A stretch of DNA of 62,961 nt, counting the filler, from Calcarisporiella thermophila CBS 279.70 (Eukaryota > Fungi > Calcarisporiellomycota): the NCBI RefSeq assembly GCF_041956535.1. It is 5 parts of 5 records of this genome, joined end to end, with 100 filler letters (N's around TTAATTAATTAA, not from the genome) between each part and the next. Parts side by side here need not be neighbours in the genome. Positions count along the whole stretch, not along the records: positions 60,624 to 62,961 come from NW_027192291.1; 4 more parts are not named here. One strand, given 5' to 3'. Position numbers and translations under genes: made by a program. Shown piece by piece: positions 60,624 through 62,961 of the stretch (the first letter of the stretch is position 1; each line of letters starts with the position of its first letter). The notes beneath the pieces were generated by a model that was not told where the DNA came from, searched no databases, and was given only the letters and a program-made list of their open reading frames with translations.

Positions 60624-62648
60624 TTGTTCTAATACCTTTTCTTCGACAAGTAAACGCCTTTCTTGTTTCTCCGCGCTCGGTGGATTTGTGGGATCCTCCA
60701 TGCCAAGGGTAGCCATGGTCGTGGTTGGGTTTACAGTTTCGACGGAGTTGCATGGAGATGGATCCATCTCACTTAACCACTTCAAGTCATGCGTCTGCTT
60801 CGGTTGGCGTGGTTCCTGAACACGCGAATGTCCTTTGACCTTGAAGCGCAACAGCTTATCGATTTTGCTCTCCCCAGATTCAAACTGAATTTGTGCAAGC
60901 GTAAGGTCAACTCGGCCGGTAAAAGGAGCATTATAGAGGGTGACCGATTTCTCAATACCAAGCTGGTCGGCAAGGTCGCGAAACCATGAGGTGTCTTCCG
61001 GCCGGGATATTAGGCTTTTGATTAGATGGCTGATGTAGGCTCCGAGCCGTTTTCTTGGGAGAATATTTCGCAACTTCGGAGGGAACTCCATTAGCTGGCT
61101 AGTGAGCATTGTCATGGCTTCGAGTCGATACATCTTGAATTGATACACGTGGTTTTGTGCAAGCATAATGAACGGTCGCGCCTGGATGAACGCTTCAAGT
61201 TTGGTTGGGATACTAGAAATAAACTCGGCAGCATTGTGCATATCAATCCGGTACTCAATCCGGACTCCATGGTGCATGGATCGAGCTTCTCCCCATACTT
61301 CGCGCATGAGTTCTATCGAGCGTCGCAAGAGAGCACTATTCTCGAGGACATCTTGGGCGGTGAATTTTTTCGGTCCCGTCGAACTATCAAACGTGTAAAG
61401 GCCCTGCTCTTCCCCCATATACGCCTGCATAAATACGAGGCCAACCTTCTCTTGCACGGCTTTACGCGCCTCTCCCCGCATGCCAGCAATCTCGGCCGAG
61501 TAACACCATTGATCCACCAGCCCTTTGCAGATGCCGGAACGCTTGAAAATTTCCTTGAGAGCCTCGGTTCGCCAGAGCAGAGTCCACCACCCCTTCTGAT
61601 TTTGCCTGGGGAAGATTTCCACCCCGATATCGACAAAAAGGCTGCCCTTCTCGATGGCTGCCCAATCAATTTCCGGAATCTGCTCTTGCAACAAGCTTAA
61701 GGGATCGCCAACCGAAGAGCGGTGAACAAGCTTCAAGTCTTTTCCGTAAAAGTGGAAAAAAAACCCCTTAAATGCACTAAACTTTTCATCCGTTTCGCAT
61801 TTCTGGCGCAGTTGCGAGAAAATTTCGGAGAGATAGTGGTGATGGATCCATTTGCTTCTGTAGTGGAAGTGGCCCCTTGGAGCTTTGCTTAACTCCTGGG
61901 CAACCCGGTAAAAGGCTGGGAACTGAGAAGCGTCATTTTGTGGGAGGATTTGCTTAAGAATGGGCAACATAAGCTCGTCATAGAATTGCTCCATCTCACT
62001 AGACTTGACATAATTAATCCATCGCCTTCCTTTTTTACGTCGCAATCCCGGGAAAAAGATCATCACCCTTATACAGGCGCTTTGACCGCATGTTCCAATC
62101 TCGAAATTTGGAATGGTGAAGAGTTTCATCCTCTCGAGTTTTCCTTGGCTGTTAAGGCACTCAACGGAAAGATGGTTGTCGATATTCAAGGTTGCAAATC
62201 GGTTGGGGAATGGATAGTACTTGAAGTTTCCGCTGAGAGGCAACTTAGGCCCTGTCCACATTACACTGTCCACATCAATCGTACTCTCCAGCTCCCTCTG
62301 CGTGTACTTCATGCTTGACGCCTCAAAAGATATTGGCAAAACCGTTTGTTGGTGACATCCGGAAACAATGAACTGCAATCGTTCTGCGGGAGGCTTTGAT
62401 GCGGCTAACTCCAGCCATTGCTCAAGTCCAATTGGTGAGTGAGAAGTTTGCTGAGCAAGGACCGATTCATTTAGAGGACCGGTAGAGCCCTTATTTTTCA
62501 AATCTAACGGTGGAGGCACAAGCGCGAAATCCGCTATCGAGGTTTTCTCAACGTTTCTATGAACAATAAAAGGACGGATACTCACTTGAATATCAAAGTT
62601 ATTTTTTTCTTCGAATTCTAATACAAACTCTTTTTCAACCAAAGACAA
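60624..62648 (-). CDS. Large hypothetical protein (>670 aa, cut by the gap), possibly transposon-encoded
   Basis: Long stop-free ORF, more GC-rich than its flanks. No domain recognised. Confidence 0.7.
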
Positions 62649-62961
62649 GTTTGGATCTTCGTCAACTGCCTCTGACTCGTAAGCATCATCACCATCAATA
62701 TTCCTACAACAATGAAGGTTTTAAAAACATAAAAAACATATTTAATGAACCTCTCAAGAAAATTAAACCAATTTTTATCAAATCAAGGTGCTCATTTTCA
62801 CTTACCTATCTTCATCCAATAACCCACTTGATTCCGCCATATCATTATCATTTAAATCAAAACTCGAGTCGCTAGTAGAGCCGTTACATTCCTAAAATTA
62901 AAAGAAAAATTTAACTTGATGCTTGAAAGAAACCCATTGAACCAATCGTAATCAATTGAAA

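Overview
AT-rich, intron-containing eukaryotic DNA, most likely from an early-diverging fungus (inferred from the Fungal_trans transcription factor, fungal GPCR, DIRS/chromovirus/Tc1/MULE debris and many secreted proteins). The window joins five contigs with artificial 100-nt spacers (44 N + TTAATTAATTAA + 44 N). The main finding is that the ~97-bp tandem repeat at 3.2-8.8 kb looks like a satellite but reads as a minus-strand gene. A 109-nt signal-peptide exon is followed by 57 consecutive 3-nt microexons, each separated by a homologous ~94-nt GT-AG intron, and a short terminal exon. Spliced by hand it gives a stop-free 95-aa prepropeptide: MQLVKLTVSIVVVCAIQQLATASIIPKLEAEMIQEPAFEKR|DTDDPPKPPDDRVPQCNPGLVGNLVGSLGSILGVVPVVGSILGGPINSLFRTCR. 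This has a signal peptide, a Kex2-type KR site and a Cys-flanked amphipathic Gly/Val/Leu-rich peptide, with one intron per codon. Other notable items: a VapD/Cas2-like protein in a eukaryote, a 28-aa spliced single zinc-finger ORF, a DIRS terminal segment present in opposite orientations in two copies, a LINE fragment about 60 bp upstream of tRNA-Arg(ACG), a TIL-domain inhibitor and a possible aerolysin-like secreted protein. Ordinary genes: BBE-like oxidase (frameshifted), DJ-1/PfpI, Zn-ADH, quinone oxidoreductase, GPCR, M13 peptidase and S1 protease. All calls were made by eye; no searches were run.
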